Below are positions 1 through 12,602 of a DNA stretch of 64,000 nucleotides, piece by piece. The translations under genes and the position numbers were made by a program. The stretch lies in contig NC_043006.1 in NCBI RefSeq assembly GCF_006345805.1, positions 48,112,001 through 48,176,000 of the forward strand. Reading direction: 5' to 3'. This stretch comes from Octopus sinensis (taxonomy: Eukaryota). The notes under the pieces were generated by a model. That model was not told the origin of the DNA and searched no databases. It was given only the letters and a program-made list of their open reading frames with translations. Numbering within the stretch: the stretch's first letter is position 1; the number at the start of each line of letters is the position of its first letter.

Positions 1-42
1 ATGATGCTGACACCCTAACCACTAAGCCACGCGCCTCCACAC
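1..42 (-). mobile_element. 5' tRNA-derived head of a SINE, cut by the window edge
   Basis: Reverse complement GTGTGGAGGCGCGTGGCTTAGTGGTTAGGGTGTCAGCATCAT matches the head of the SINE at 4655 and contains the A box TGGCTTAGTGG. Confidence 0.85.
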
Positions 43-95
43 AAAGACCATTACAGAATAGAATACTGTTAAACTATAGAGAAAATGATAATAAC

Positions 96-96
<1 letters not shown>

Positions 97-150
<54 letters not shown>
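97..150. repeat. (GT)n microsatellite
   Basis: Seen directly. Confidence 0.98.
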
Positions 151-931
151 AAACTCTTATGACAGTTATGATTAATCTGTGATGCAATTATTTCGTAAAA
201 CAATTCATACGTTGTACAGACACGTAGAGGTGCGAAAATTATGGGATAATCTAAAGAAAAGTAAACTCGTTGACCACGGTAGGAACGCTTCAGTCATGAA
301 TGCCCTGGTACTAAACAATAACTGTAACAAAAGAATGGTCCGAAACTGAATGGATGCGAAGAATTCTTTTCTTCTTTTCCTTTAATTCTGTCTGTGATGA
401 GTCTACCATAACGACCCCTGGTGTTATTGTTACTTAACTGAGACTAATGAGAAAAATGAAATACCGTTAATGAGGACAATGATAAATACATATTTTATGG
501 TGTTGTTCGTCTTGTTTGATTGATGACCGTTAGATGAGGATGAGGAGGAAATGGAAATGGTGGGAACAAAGGAGAAAGAATAGGAGAGAAATTCTGATAA
601 GGTTTTTCTTATTTGGCGTTGTTGCTATTATTGTTGTAGTTGCTTCTGTTGTTGATGCTGCTGATGATGATAATGATGATCATGATCATGATCATGAAGA
701 TCATGATGATGATGGAAGTAATCAAGCATTAACTATGTTGTGGCTAAGCGAGTACTTGGAGAATAGCAAGTAGTTATAATCCGTTATTCTTACCAGTCAT
801 GTAAGAAAATTGTTTTAAAGTCTTTATCTGTTATCTCCCTTGAATAAAGAATGATAAAAGTATATTACACCATGATTCACCCCAATTGAGACTGAAGGGC
901 ACATTAGTTAAATTGATACTATATATCATTA

Positions 932-1452
932 CTAGCACTATGACCCAGCGTTGCCGGGTCCAGTGCTACTGCTTGTTGTTCGTTGCCGAGTCGAAGTAAA
1001 AAATTTCTCACTAAATCAAGAGCTAAGTTTCTTACCACATTTCAGCCCGGGCCAATTTTGTTGTTTATGAGCTAGTTGGAACTTTTTATGAGAGTAATTA
1101 ATATTCATTGGACTTCGGTTTTTACACCTGGAAGGACATAATCATGGAAAATGAGCGGGCCTGTGTACATGTCATTAATCGGACAAAAAAGAAGGCAGAA
1201 GAAAGGGAAAAACTCGAATTTGGACGGTAAAATAACTTATGGGCATGAGGGGTCGGTTTATAGATTTTTTTTTTAATGGCTTTCTGGGGTGACTGGGGAA
1301 ATAAAAATATCTTCACGAACACCCTCAGTCAGTTTTGAAAGCACATAAAAAATGCGAGCCTTTTACGTGAAAAACTGTGGATTTATATAAAGGACACAGA
1401 GACACACAGACACACAGATACACAAATATTTTGCCGTTTATAGATATAGAGA
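932..1452 (-). mobile_element. Non-autonomous Helitron-like element, copy 1
   Basis: Minus strand begins A|TCTCTATATCTATAAACGGC and ends with hairpin GACCCGGC-AAC-GCTGGGTC then ATAGTGCTAG|T. Inserted between A and T with no TSD. Both ends are shared with 59976-60268. Confidence 0.75.
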
Positions 1453-1454
1453 TA

Positions 1455-1525
1455 TTGTATTCTTTTGGTTGTTTCAGTCATTTGATTGCGACCATGTTGG
1501 GGCACCGCCTTGAATATAAAGACGG
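1455..1525 (-). mobile_element. 3' tail fragment of the CORE-like SINE family
   Basis: TTGTTTCAGTCATTTGATTGCGACCATGTTGGGGCACCGCCTT matches the tail of the 23601-23997 and 39158-39600 copies. Confidence 0.75.
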
Positions 1526-2758
1526 TATATTCAAGGCAGATAAATCTATTGCCCTCAATCAGATTTAGGGTGGGGACTAAATCAAAATATAAACAAATTT
1601 GGATAAAATTGCTGATGTATCTTTCGTGAATGACAATGTCACCCAATATTTCGATCTATCATCTTCCACCCTAAAATATATAAGCACTGTTGCCTTACAG
1701 GGTAGTTACCTCTATTAACTTAACGTTGTGTTGACAGAGTCGTTAAGTAATCGGATAATAAACGTTTTGATCCGACTTTCTGAGTTCAATTTCTGCCTGG
1801 GTCAACTTAGACTTTCATCCGATTAAGATAAAAATAAATGCATCAATCAAAAATGGTGAAGTGGCAGTATCGTCAGAAGATCGGGCTGGATGCCTGACGG
1901 TATCTTTCCGACTCTTTTAGTTTTGTATGCAAAATCTGCCAACACCTATATGGAATCCGATTTGAGGATACTTTCAATGTTACCGTCAATCACGGAGTCT
2001 TCTCTTCTAAGCGAAAATAAAAAAATATAATTCATTAATCATAACTGTACTTCGCTTTTTTTCCCGTAAATTCCGGCAAAAATTTTATTTGGTTTTCCTT
2101 ATGCTAAGCGATACATTTTATTGCTGTCGGCCGTGTTTAGGCACAGAGAACACGGATCAGAGGAGATCTGGCTGTATTTAACAGGTCTTAGCCTGCCTAA
2201 GATTACATAATCTAATATTCCTCTCGTATTCAAAATTGTAGACTACCAATTGAGAGAGCTTTAGCTACTATATCTAGTGTCTCAAGGAACTATTATTGTT
2301 TGAAGCTGGATTTCGTTGCTCTTCTATAACCAAAGTTAAATCGTAATCTAGAAGACATATGATCAATGACTTTCCATTTGTAAACAATTAGTTGTCTGTT
2401 TTGTTTTGTTGTTTCAAATATAGTAACGGCTAAGACAACATATTCTCAAACGTCCTTCACCTTTTAAGATATTTTTAGCGAGGTATTAAGAATATATGTG
2501 GTCATTATGTTATTATCTCAAGCATATTTTGAGCTCATGTAAGATCATATTTTTTATATAGTATTAATGATATGGAGGGTATTTGATTTAAAGGTGATTG
2601 AAATTTTGGTACACTCAGTTATTTATCTCTGAGGCGTTTGGAGAGTGGTTTTGACAGTCGAAAGTAGCGTTTAATAGTGAGGTCTTCAACTTGAGCCAAA
2701 CCTATATGAACTTTCAGAGTAATCTGGTCTAACAAAATACCAAACTAGTTTTATTGTA

Positions 2759-3324
2759 TTGGGTTATCTGGAAGGTTCGCACCGATTTATAGTAGCTTAA
2801 ATTTCGACTTATTTTAGAACATGGTTGAGTCCATAAAATAGGATTTGACTACACCCCCATTTAGAACACAGTTTAAGCTATCTTTTCGTGTAAGAAGGTT
2901 TATGTTCCTATATTCTGTGTTAATTCTGTAACCCATTAAAATAGAAAATAAGAAAGTTTATTTTCGGCAATTGATGCTTTGGGAACCAAACAAAAATTGC
3001 TGCAGCTCGGCTGGGATGTGTTACTTCACTCTCCATATTCACCAGATATTGCTCCTTCAGATTTCCACTTATTCAGGTCTCTGCAGAATAGTCTTAATGG
3101 TAAAAATTTCAACTCCTTGGATGACGTACAAAGCTACCTTGATGAATTATTTGCCCTGAAACCTACTCAATTCTGGGAAGAGGGTATTTTCAAGTTAAAG
3201 GAAAGATGGAGATGCATTGTGCAACAAAATGGTTCATATTTGGTTGATTAAAGATGTAATGGCAAGTATTTATTGACCTTTTTGTTTCCTTTAAAAATCG
3301 GCATGAACTTTCCGGACAACCCAA
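2759..3324 (+). mobile_element. Internally deleted mariner transposon with both TIRs and TA target duplication
   Basis: 5' TA|TTGGGTTATCTGGAAGGTTCGCACCGATTT versus reverse complement of the 3' end TA|TTGGGTTGTCCGGAAAGTTCATGCCGATTT. N-terminal remnant IENKKVYFRQLMLWE (from 2941) is joined out of frame to the C-terminal transposase. Confidence 0.9.
2979..3251 (+). pseudogene. mariner transposase C-terminal fragment
   Basis: LLQLGWDVLLHSPYSPDIAPSDFHLFRSLQNSL...WEEGIFKLKERW contains the mariner YSPDLAPSD motif with the third catalytic Asp. Confidence 0.92.
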
Positions 3325-3455
3325 TACTTCCGGAGACGCATTGTGAAACAAAATGGTTCATATTTGGTTGATTAAAGATGTAATGGCAAGTATTTATTGA
3401 CCTTTTTGTTTCCTTTAAAAATCGGCACGAACTTTCCTGACAACCCAATACTTCC
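3208..3455 (+). repeat. 124-bp tandem duplication of the mariner 3' end, TIR and 5 nt of flank
   Basis: Units 3208-3331 and 3332-3455 differ at 4 positions; both end ...AACCCAATACTTCC. Confidence 0.92.
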
Positions 3456-4283
3456 AATACTTTTAGTGTTGACTCATTCCAGTCCGCGGAACCTTTCCCA
3501 CAATTTAATGCTTTAATGCCTTAATACAGAGTAGCTAGAGATGGTGACAAAATTATTTGTTCAGTATCCCATCAATCGATCACTGGTGGCTCAAAACGCT
3601 GAACTAAACGCCTTGTCGGATTTAGTTTGTTTGCTATGGGTTCGTCCCTTGCCGAGGTTAACTTTAACTTTCATATCGCCATTGAGAGTTGCATTTATTT
3701 CGTTGTATTTGCAGTGTCAATACCCTTTAGAATAGCATTAATATAACCTGATCTGATTTATTATCTCATACAAAAACCAAATGCAAAGGTTTGCACTTGG
3801 GCAAAAGAAAATCAATACTTTGCGCAAAATTCTGTTTATTTGTCTTTAACAGCCTCACAAAACAACGTCAATGGTTACTGGTTATGTCCATTTTATGCGA
3901 CCTCCTGAAGTCTGAGAGCTTCAACTACCACTATAGCGAATAATTATTTTGAATAGTCGTTTATAATTTGTTTGTGTTTATTTCGGTAGCAATTATTTTT
4001 CTAATGTCGAAAAATAATTTATTCAGGAAAAAATATTTTTTAAAAATATTCTGGCAGAAATGGAAGAAGAAAAAAAAAACTGCGCAACTAACTATTCTGC
4101 GCATATGAATTGCGGATCTATGAAATAATTTCAGTTTGAAATATTAGGCTAATATTTGCATATGAAACGTTATTGTCAAAAGACAACATTGGTTGTGAAT
4201 AGGAAAATCAATAATATTTCTACGTAAGGAAAAATCTTGATACATCTCTCTTCGTTGCAAATGTTTCTCCATGAAAATTGAGG

Positions 4284-4304
4284 AAAAAAAAAAAAAAAAA
4301 AAAT

Positions 4305-4336
<32 letters not shown>

Positions 4337-4360
4337 ATATATAGATAGATAGATAGATAT

Positions 4361-4411
<51 letters not shown>
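4284..4411. repeat. Compound poly(A)/(TA)n/(GATA)n microsatellite
   Basis: Seen directly. Confidence 0.97.
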
Positions 4412-4413
<2 letters not shown>

Positions 4414-4654
4414 AAGGGAGTATGTTTGTATGTGTTTCTATGTTTGTACATGCATGTATAAAGTAGTGCATGCGTGTTTTAAAAGAGATCATTGTATCTA
4501 TATTTTAGAGCAAGATTGCTTTACATCACGGCTGAGAATATGATGTAAAATTCTGAGTGTACGCCCGTCCATATACTATTTATGGTGTGTTGTATCAGAT
4601 TCTATTTGAACGAATAGTTTGTCATTATAAATACATCTGCATGTTGATGTGTGT

Positions 4655-4920
4655 GGGGGCGCGTGGCTTAGTGGTTAGGGTGTCAGCATCATGATCGTAA
4701 GATTGTGGTTTCGATTCTTGGACCGGGCGACGCGTTGTGTTCTTGAGCAAAACACTTCATTTCACGTTACTCCAGTCCACCCAGCTGGCAAAAATGAGTA
4801 ACGCTGCGATGGACTGGCGTCCCGTCCAGCTGGGGAACACATACACCATTGAAACCGGGAAACCGGACCAATGAGCCTGGCTAGGCTTTAAAAGGGCGCA
4901 TTTATTTTTTATTTATTTAT
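4655..4920 (+). mobile_element. Full-length tRNA-derived SINE (head, CORE-like body, tail type 1)
   Basis: A box 4664-4674; degenerate B box GTTTCGATTCT; body TTCTTGAGCAAAACACTTCATTTCACG; tail GATGGACTGGCGTCCCGTCCAG; (TTTA)n end. Confidence 0.85.
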
Positions 4921-5079
4921 GTGGGTGTGTATGAGCTGATATACATGCGGTCCCATAATAAGGTATCAAGTTTGAAAAGTTGAGGGATATGGGACAAGAC
5001 CTGTGCCCACTGAAAACTTTGTCTGATAAATGTTCAAATGGATATGTATGTGTATATAATATATGTCCATGTTTGTATA

Positions 5080-5123
<44 letters not shown>

Positions 5124-5261
5124 TATATGATATAGTCTGTTATGAATGTAGTATAGTGCAGTATAAACCTCATCCACCTTCAGATTGTAGTATTATATGA
5201 ACTTCCAGGTTTGCCTTTGGGCATCTGTCGTGTGTGAATATATAATTGAAAACATTAGAGA

Positions 5262-5640
5262 CAAGAAGAAAGGGTACGGTTGGACATTTATTTTTTAATC
5301 ATTACAATTGTTTCCACGTAACGTACTTCTTCAGGAGAGCATGTATTTTAATATGCAACTTTTTCCCTGCGTTATGTGATCTAGTTGTGTTTCCTCAGGC
5401 GATTTGTTAATATTGTCTCCGTGAGTTGAAAATCATCGGCTGCAAGAACATCCCCTCTGTCTGTCGTTACTGAGTTTATCAAGCTGGGTTGTTGTGGAAG
5501 GGCCGGTGGCAGACTGCTTTGAATGTGTAGATGTAGTGGTATTGGTATATTACTGCTGATTTGTACTTCTGTTTGGTTACACATGCGATTATCCTTAGCT
5601 GACTTTTAACATTCAACGCTCGGACAAATACGCCCATATA
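5262..5640 (-). mobile_element. Probable Penelope-like element 3' remnant
   Basis: Short ORF 5381-5584 ends just upstream of CCTGAAGAAGTACGTTACGTGGAAACAATTGTA (HHR-like core). A homologous copy lies at 6102-6288 on the opposite strand. Family assignment is inferred. Confidence 0.5.
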
Positions 5641-5877
5641 CATGTACACAATTATGTACATATATATATATATATATATACAGACATTCACGTACACATA
5701 CACATATATAGGTATCTATACACACACACTTATATATATATGCATCTACATTTACATACGTATATACACACAAGCTCGCAAATACGGATATGAACGCACA
5801 CTCACATATATGCACATATATAAACATACCTGCATTCGTACAAATACACAAAGACTCGTGTGTGCATACACGCACTT

Positions 5878-5932
<55 letters not shown>

Positions 5933-6100
5933 ACAAAGATACATACTTGAGCATGCGGATACACTCACGCCCATACATATAAATATATATATATTCCCAC
6001 ACATATACATATAAACATACATATGTATATAGACACACACACACACATATATAATATATGTACATATACATATATATATGCAAACGCATATACACATGCG
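5640..6100. repeat. Compound (TA)n/(CA)n/(TACA)n low-complexity tract
   Basis: Seen directly. Confidence 0.95.
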
Positions 6101-6101
6101 T

Positions 6102-6288
6102 ATGTTCTTGAAGCCGAGGATTTTTAGCTAACGGAGACAATATTTACATATCGCCTGAGGAAACCCAACCACATCTCATATTACAGAGAAACAGTTACAT
6201 AGTCAATTACCTTCAACCCTGGAGAAGTACGTTGCGTGGAAACAATTGTAGTGATCAAACAATGAATGTCCAACCGTACCACTTCTTG
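6102..6288 (+). mobile_element. Second, inverted copy of the 5262-5451 repeat
   Basis: ATGTTCTTG...CGGAGACAATATT...ATCGCCTGAGGAAAC...GAAGTACGTT.CGTGGAAACAATTGTA...AATGTCCAACCGTACC aligns to the reverse complement of 5262-5451. Confidence 0.8.
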
Positions 6289-6321
6289 ACAGTTTTGCAA
6301 GTAAATATATATATATATATA

Positions 6322-7071
6322 ATTCAAATTTACAGAAAACAAGAGAAAGACAGGTGAAGGAACAACAAGCTTCTTTCGAAAACAGACGTTGCAAAGCGTT
6401 TAGAGTGGAGTACAAACCTACAGAATTGGTCCCTAAAGCAGTAAAAGAATGTCATTTTCTCGGATGAGTCGTCCTTTACCTCATTTCCGACCACCGGCCG
6501 AGTGTACTTGTGGAGACAGCCAAAAGAAGCATTTGACCCAGACTGCCTTCTTCCAACTGTTAAACATAGAGGAGGATCTGTGATAATCTGGGGTCTATAT
6601 CTTGGAATCTGCTGCCTCAATGGTTTCCCTTCATGGCAGAATCAATAGTCAAGACTCTTTCAGCATTTTATCTGATCAAACTCATCCTATAGTTGCAGAA
6701 CTGTTTCGGAGGGAAATGCAATCTTTCAGGATGATAATGCACCAATTCACACAGCTAAAGTTATTACTGAATGGCACGAGAAACATTCTAATGAAATTGG
6801 AGATCTTATGTGGCCACCACAGTCCCCAGATCTCAATATTATTGAACATTTATGATGCATTTTAGATATCCTCCACCATCATCACTACAAGAACTGGAAA
6901 CTGTTTTAGATGAAGAATGAACAAAAATTGCTTTGTAAACAATTCAGACTTTGTACGAGTCCAACCCTCGTAGAATTCGAGCTGCAGTCACTGCCAAAGG
7001 CGGTCCTACCCCATATTAAAATTAATTTCTTTGAAATTTTAAGGCGTTTCCATTATTTTGTCCAACCCCTG
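6322..7071 (+). pseudogene. 5'-truncated, decayed Tc1-like transposon (transposase pseudogene plus 3' TIR)
   Basis: NVIFSDESSF (6463), PTVKHRGGSVIIWG, IFQDDNAPIHTAK...WPPQSPDLNIIEHL with stops and frameshifts; 3' end GGCGTTTCCATTATTTTGTCCAACCCCTG|TA. Confidence 0.93.
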
Positions 7072-7285
7072 TATATATTGAAAGAGAGAGAGAGAGAGAG
7101 AAAGAGAGAAAGAGTGAGAGCAGGAGAGAAGATGAAATATAAAGTGGAGAAATAAGCACAGAAACAAGGAGACAAATGTATTAAGAGATGCCTGGCTATG
7201 GCTACGTGTATATGAATAAGTGTTTAAATTGTAATTGCACGTTCCTGTACAAATATATTTGTATAGTAATACGTATTTGCTCATA

Positions 7286-7410
7286 CGAGGTGGTGCCGAA
7301 AATCTCTAGCTTTAAGGGTGTCGCGAAAGTCCTGGTTGGAGGCCCAACCCTCCAAATGCTTTCAGAGGGCTTCGAAAAACTGGAGGACTGCTGCAATAAG
7401 TGTATGTTGA
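7286..7410 (+). mobile_element. mariner-derived short fragment
   Basis: TA|CGAGGTGGTGCCGAAAATCTCTAGC start; EGFEKLEDCCNKC resembles a mariner C-terminus; related fragment at 45572-45665. Confidence 0.55.
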
Positions 7411-9280
7411 CGAAAATCATAATAAACTGACCTTTCTGTATTTTCACAACCTATCGTACATTTACATTATATTTTCTGATCGTGTAATGCAATTTTATCT
7501 TTATCTTTCAACATATTATATCTGCTTATCTTTTTTGTGTAAGTGGTATCTCTATCTTTCTATGAATCGGTTTATCCCTACATATATACCTACATCACTC
7601 ATAAGTGCTCCGACACCTCTCTAAATATCTGTTTATCTGCTCTGTTCATTCTCTCTCGCGCATTTTCTGTCTAACTGTTTTTTGTTTTTTTTTTGTTTCT
7701 ATCTCCTGCTCTTTCTCAATTTAATTCTCACCTGACTCTCAGTACTTCCTCAATAATTAAATAATATTCTAAGCAAACGATAATCGTGCGTATTATATAA
7801 CAGAAATAATACTGAGAAACAAATCTGCTGACATGAATATATGCTTCCTGCAAGTTATCAATAACATAATGAAGTATTTATTAATAAATTACTGTATTTA
7901 ATTGAAAATAATGTGATCTCAAATACACAAAGACTCCTGCTTTGTGTACCTAAAACTTGGTAATATATTTTATACACTCTTGTATTACTTCGATCAGTAC
8001 AACTTACAAAAAATCGGTTTCCAGTTTTTACATCTTGCTATTCAGGTTAGTCTTTAAGCACCAACTCATCTTATATGAAGCACACTTAAGGTCGAACAGT
8101 ATTCTAGCCATCATGCTGCAGCTTGTTTTTTCAGATATAGTACATCTTAGATTACGTTACTTAATAAGCAGATATTTTTAAAAAGGAACTGTAAGTTAGA
8201 TATTTTGGAGGTTTTGTAGCCATGTCTTGTAAGCCGGACGAACTTAGAGTGGCTCACTAGTAAAATTGTTCCATATCGTTGGCCTTAGAAGCTCAAATGC
8301 ATTTTCAAGGAGAACGATGTAGTCTCATGTCTGAAAATCGTGACAAATAATACTGCATTCTGAATTTTGCCACAGCAATTTACAGCTTAAGTACTCTTGG
8401 GGACGCTTTAAAAACATTTCATTTCCCATTTTCCCCTACTTAAAATTTATTATATATCCTGATAACTTTTTCATTTCATTCATGAAATCAAATTCCATGA
8501 TATTAACCAAATCATAAAATTATCATTGCCGCTCTTTGAAGGTTTGTTAGCGAACAATCCATCGGTTTACGAAATTTCGTCTTAACCAAGCCTATACTTT
8601 GACGGAATTCTCCCCCATTTCCATTTTAAGGGGCGAGATGTGCTTCCGGTAAAGTCTTCTCAATAACTACAAGTTGCAGGATTTCGAATATGCCGTGTCG
8701 TATGATAAAATTACAAATATAGAATTACATATGAAACACATTCATAGAACATTTGCATACACAGTGTGTGGTGTATGTATGTGTGTATGTATGTATGTAT
8801 GTATGTATGTATGTATGTATGTATGTATGTATGTATGTATGTATGTATGTATGTATGAGTATATATATATACCGTTGTCTTTATGCAAAAGTGCCGCAAG
8901 TCCAAAACGTTGCATTTTTCAGAAAACGAAAAAGGAGTTTCACCATTTCATAGCAAGACAGTCGTACTACAATGAAAATTTTTCATATCCTGGGTTCTGA
9001 AGCAGCTGGAGATACAATAGTTTGACCAAAAGAACCGGCTATTGCATGCAAAAATATATATTGAAGAAAACGTATTTGGCCAAATTTGGAGATGAGACAG
9101 TTTAAAATAATAGCAACGCTATCTAAACAAAACCATCCGACGAAGGGAAACATGAAACTCTGAGTAACAGTTTTTGTGATATTTTTGCTTCTTTTTAATA
9201 AAGCATATTACTTTACCTCTGATATTCGAGTACTATTTTTTCTAACTTGTTTCGCATTAATGTACTTACTCTGGTATATA

Positions 9281-9336
<56 letters not shown>

Positions 9337-9535
9337 CATACATACATATATGAAGGAATGGAGTTAAACGCAGGTGTTATTCGAAACTTTATACTTCCGA
9401 CATATGTTTCGAGGAACAGATTGGTATTATTCCAGAGGGAATGAAATAATGTAAAACAATGCGATCTTTTCTTCAGGGAGAAAAAAGAGAAACAATGCAC
9501 ATCAATAAGCCATTTATTAAAAAAGTTCACATACG

Positions 9536-9537
9536 TT

Positions 9538-9591
<54 letters not shown>

Positions 9592-9648
9592 TATATATAT
9601 ATATATATACATATATATACATATATATATATACATATATATATATAC

Positions 9649-9727
<79 letters not shown>

Positions 9728-9728
9728 A

Positions 9729-9778
<50 letters not shown>
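9536..9778. repeat. Long (TA)n/(TG)n microsatellite
   Basis: Seen directly. Confidence 0.98.
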
Positions 9779-9782
<4 letters not shown>

Positions 9783-10110
9783 CAGCTGTTTAGCAATGTA
9801 TCACAAAAAGGGAAATTATGATTTTCATTAAATATGACAGAGAATGTTAAGAAAACCAACATTGCTAGAAATAAGAGCTAAAGTGCTCTGACGCCGCACT
9901 CAACGCATGTATACATACATACTGACAGGGACCGTGAACGGTCGAAAATCACGATCGTAATATCCCGTACCATCGACGGTTTCGGCTTAAACTCGAAGCC
10001 CCATCAGCAGTGTCGGCACTACTCGCCAGTTTCCGGACAAAATCGCCAGTAGTATATATGTCTACTCCATAGAAATCTATGGATGATTTAACTAATCGTT
10101 AATGTGTGCG

Positions 10111-10180
<70 letters not shown>

Positions 10181-11758
10181 CGACGGGCTTCTTTCAGTTC
10201 CCTATTAGGGCTATATTACTCTTTCTGCGGCCCCTATCTCCATCGTATAGAACAGTAATGTTCTGTGAAACTCTATTGTCAATAACAGTATTCCTGCTGT
10301 ATTCAACACCCCTGTTTCCTCGTTTCAGTACCTTATATTCGCTTGATGTGGAAAAAAAAAGAATAATGTCCATTACCTAGTAGGCCTTTCGCTATCGAGA
10401 CATCAACATAGTGACATTACCACTTAAACAGTTAGATGTTCGTAGGGGTAGAAAAAACACGCAGAAATTAACGACTGTGAGGAAACCACTTAAAGTCTGG
10501 AATATACAATGTAATTTCTCCGCCTGCAATCGCAATCAAATCTTCATCTAACCATACTAATCTAGCTTAATTAGACAGATTATGTTGCCTTAGATACTCC
10601 CCCACAAGAGTAAGCATTCGATGAGAGGTGTATTGAAGTAGCGCTGGCTAGGGATAAGCAACAACATCAAGCTTGTACCATATGGTATTGCACTCATCAT
10701 TTTATATTACACAAACACTCGTGTTATATACAATAAGGTTTGGTAAACAGTAACCATCGTAATCATAACTGTGAGAAACCATACGGAACTTTTATGGCAT
10801 TTTGGTGCCATAATTTTACTGTTTGATGTTTTAAAGTAATTTTTCCAAGGTGTGCTGAATTAAGCTACCTTATGTTACATATTGAATTCGTCGGGTTAGT
10901 TTTGGCGTTAAAGTAGCTTTGAATTACACTAAAATAAAGTCAATCTACCCATCGTTATTTTTTCCCTATTTTTTTATTTCTTTTCCGTAAGTAAGCTTTG
11001 CGCTTTCATCATGATATTCTCAGAAAATAAAACAGCTTATTTTAATTAGTGGTTTGACCTTTGAAATTCGTATTACACAGCATATGTTGGTATTTAGATT
11101 CACTTTTACGTTTATTACACCGACAAACAAAAACCGTAGAAGGTTACAACGAGAATGGGATCAAAATCCATTGACAATTTCCTAACGCCTCAGCGGATTT
11201 ACACATATTAGCTGAACTGTAGCGGTTACCATAACAACAAAGTGATAGCATTGCACTCATTTGAATCAATATTCCTACAAACACCTTAATATAATAGATA
11301 AACTCTGTCAATGATGCTGACAGTGCGAACTTCAGTTAGCATATTTATTCGTCTTCATCCATCAATAAGAAGCATTTCCCGTCACGTTTTATCCGTACGT
11401 GGAAAGAAAATTTAATATATATTTCCAGCAAAGAATTTACCAGTTATGTACTATAATATACACACACACACATATGCCCACACACGCATACACACACAAA
11501 TATATTCATGTATGTATGTGTAACTATATATATTATAGAGAGAGCGGGTAAAGGTGGAGAGAAGGAAGAGGAGAGGAGAAAAGGAGAGAGGAGAGGAAGA
11601 GTGGAGAGAAGAAGGGGAGGAGAGAAAGTGGGAATGGAAGGGAAGGGGAGAAGGGAAGGAGGATGGGGAGATAGGGAGAGGGGTGAGGGAGAGAGAGGTG
11701 GAGCAAATATATATATGTGTGTGTGCGTGTGTGTGTGCGTGTGTGTGTGTGTGTGTGT

Positions 11759-12145
11759 ACGGTAAGAAGCTTGTTTTCCAATCACATGGTTCGGGATTCA
11801 GACCCACTGCGTGGCACCTTGGGCAAGTGTCTTCTACTATAGCCACGGGCCAACCAAAGCCTTGAGGGTGGATTTGGTAGACGGAAACTGAAAGAAGCCC
11901 GTCGTATATAAGTGTATATAATTTCGTGTGTTTGTGTCTTTGTTTATCCCCCACCACCATCGGTTGACAACCAATGTTGGTGTGTTTACGTCCCCGTAAC
12001 TTAGCGCTTCGACAAAAGAGAGCCGATAAAATGAGTACCAGGCTTACAAAGAATACTTCTAGGGGTCGATTTCCTCGTCTAAAAAGCGGTGCTCCAGCAT
12101 GGCCACAGTCAAAATGACTGAACCAAGTAAAAGAGCAAAAGAGTA
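11759..12145 (+). mobile_element. CORE-like SINE with internal microsatellite site
   Basis: GCGTGGCACCTTGGGCAAGTGTCTTCTACTATAGCC core, AAGAAGCCCGTCG, (TA/TG) stretch, then tail ...ATGACTGAACCAAGTAAAAGAG. Confidence 0.88.
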
Positions 12146-12168
12146 CATATTCATACACACACATATAA

Positions 12169-12334
12169 GCGTAGGAGTAGGTGTGTGGTAAGTAGTTTGC
12201 TTCTCAACCACATCGTTCCGGGTTCAGTCCTACTGCGTGGCACCTTGAGCAAGTTTCTTGTACTATAGCCTCGGGCCGACCAAAGCCTTGTGAGTGGATT
12301 TAGTAGACGGAAACTGAAAGAAGCCCGTCGTATG

Positions 12335-12385
<51 letters not shown>

Positions 12386-12602
12386 GTATGTATGTGTGTG
12401 TGTATATATCTGTGTGTCTGTGTCCCCCCAACGTGGCTTTACAACCGTTGCTGGTGTGTTTACGTCCCCGTAACTTAGCGGTTTTGGCAAAAGAGACCGA
12501 TAGAATAAGTCCTGGGGTCGATTTGCTCGACTAAAGGCGGTGCTACAGCATGGCCGCAGTCACATGACTGAAACAAGTAAGAGAGTAAAGAGTAAAAGAG
12601 TA
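12169..12602 (+). mobile_element. CORE-like SINE, second adjacent copy with expanded internal (TA)n and a tail deletion
   Basis: Same head, core and tail as 11759-12145. Confidence 0.88.

Noticed and set aside
4655-4730. tRNA genes (also at 13900-13962, about 16010-16050, 25330-25400)
   Set aside because: A and B boxes are present but there is no closed acceptor stem, and they continue into SINE bodies.
5381-5584. 67-aa protein-like ORF as a host terminal exon
   Set aside because: No good acceptor, and its 3' part belongs to a repeat with a frameshifted copy at 6102-6200.
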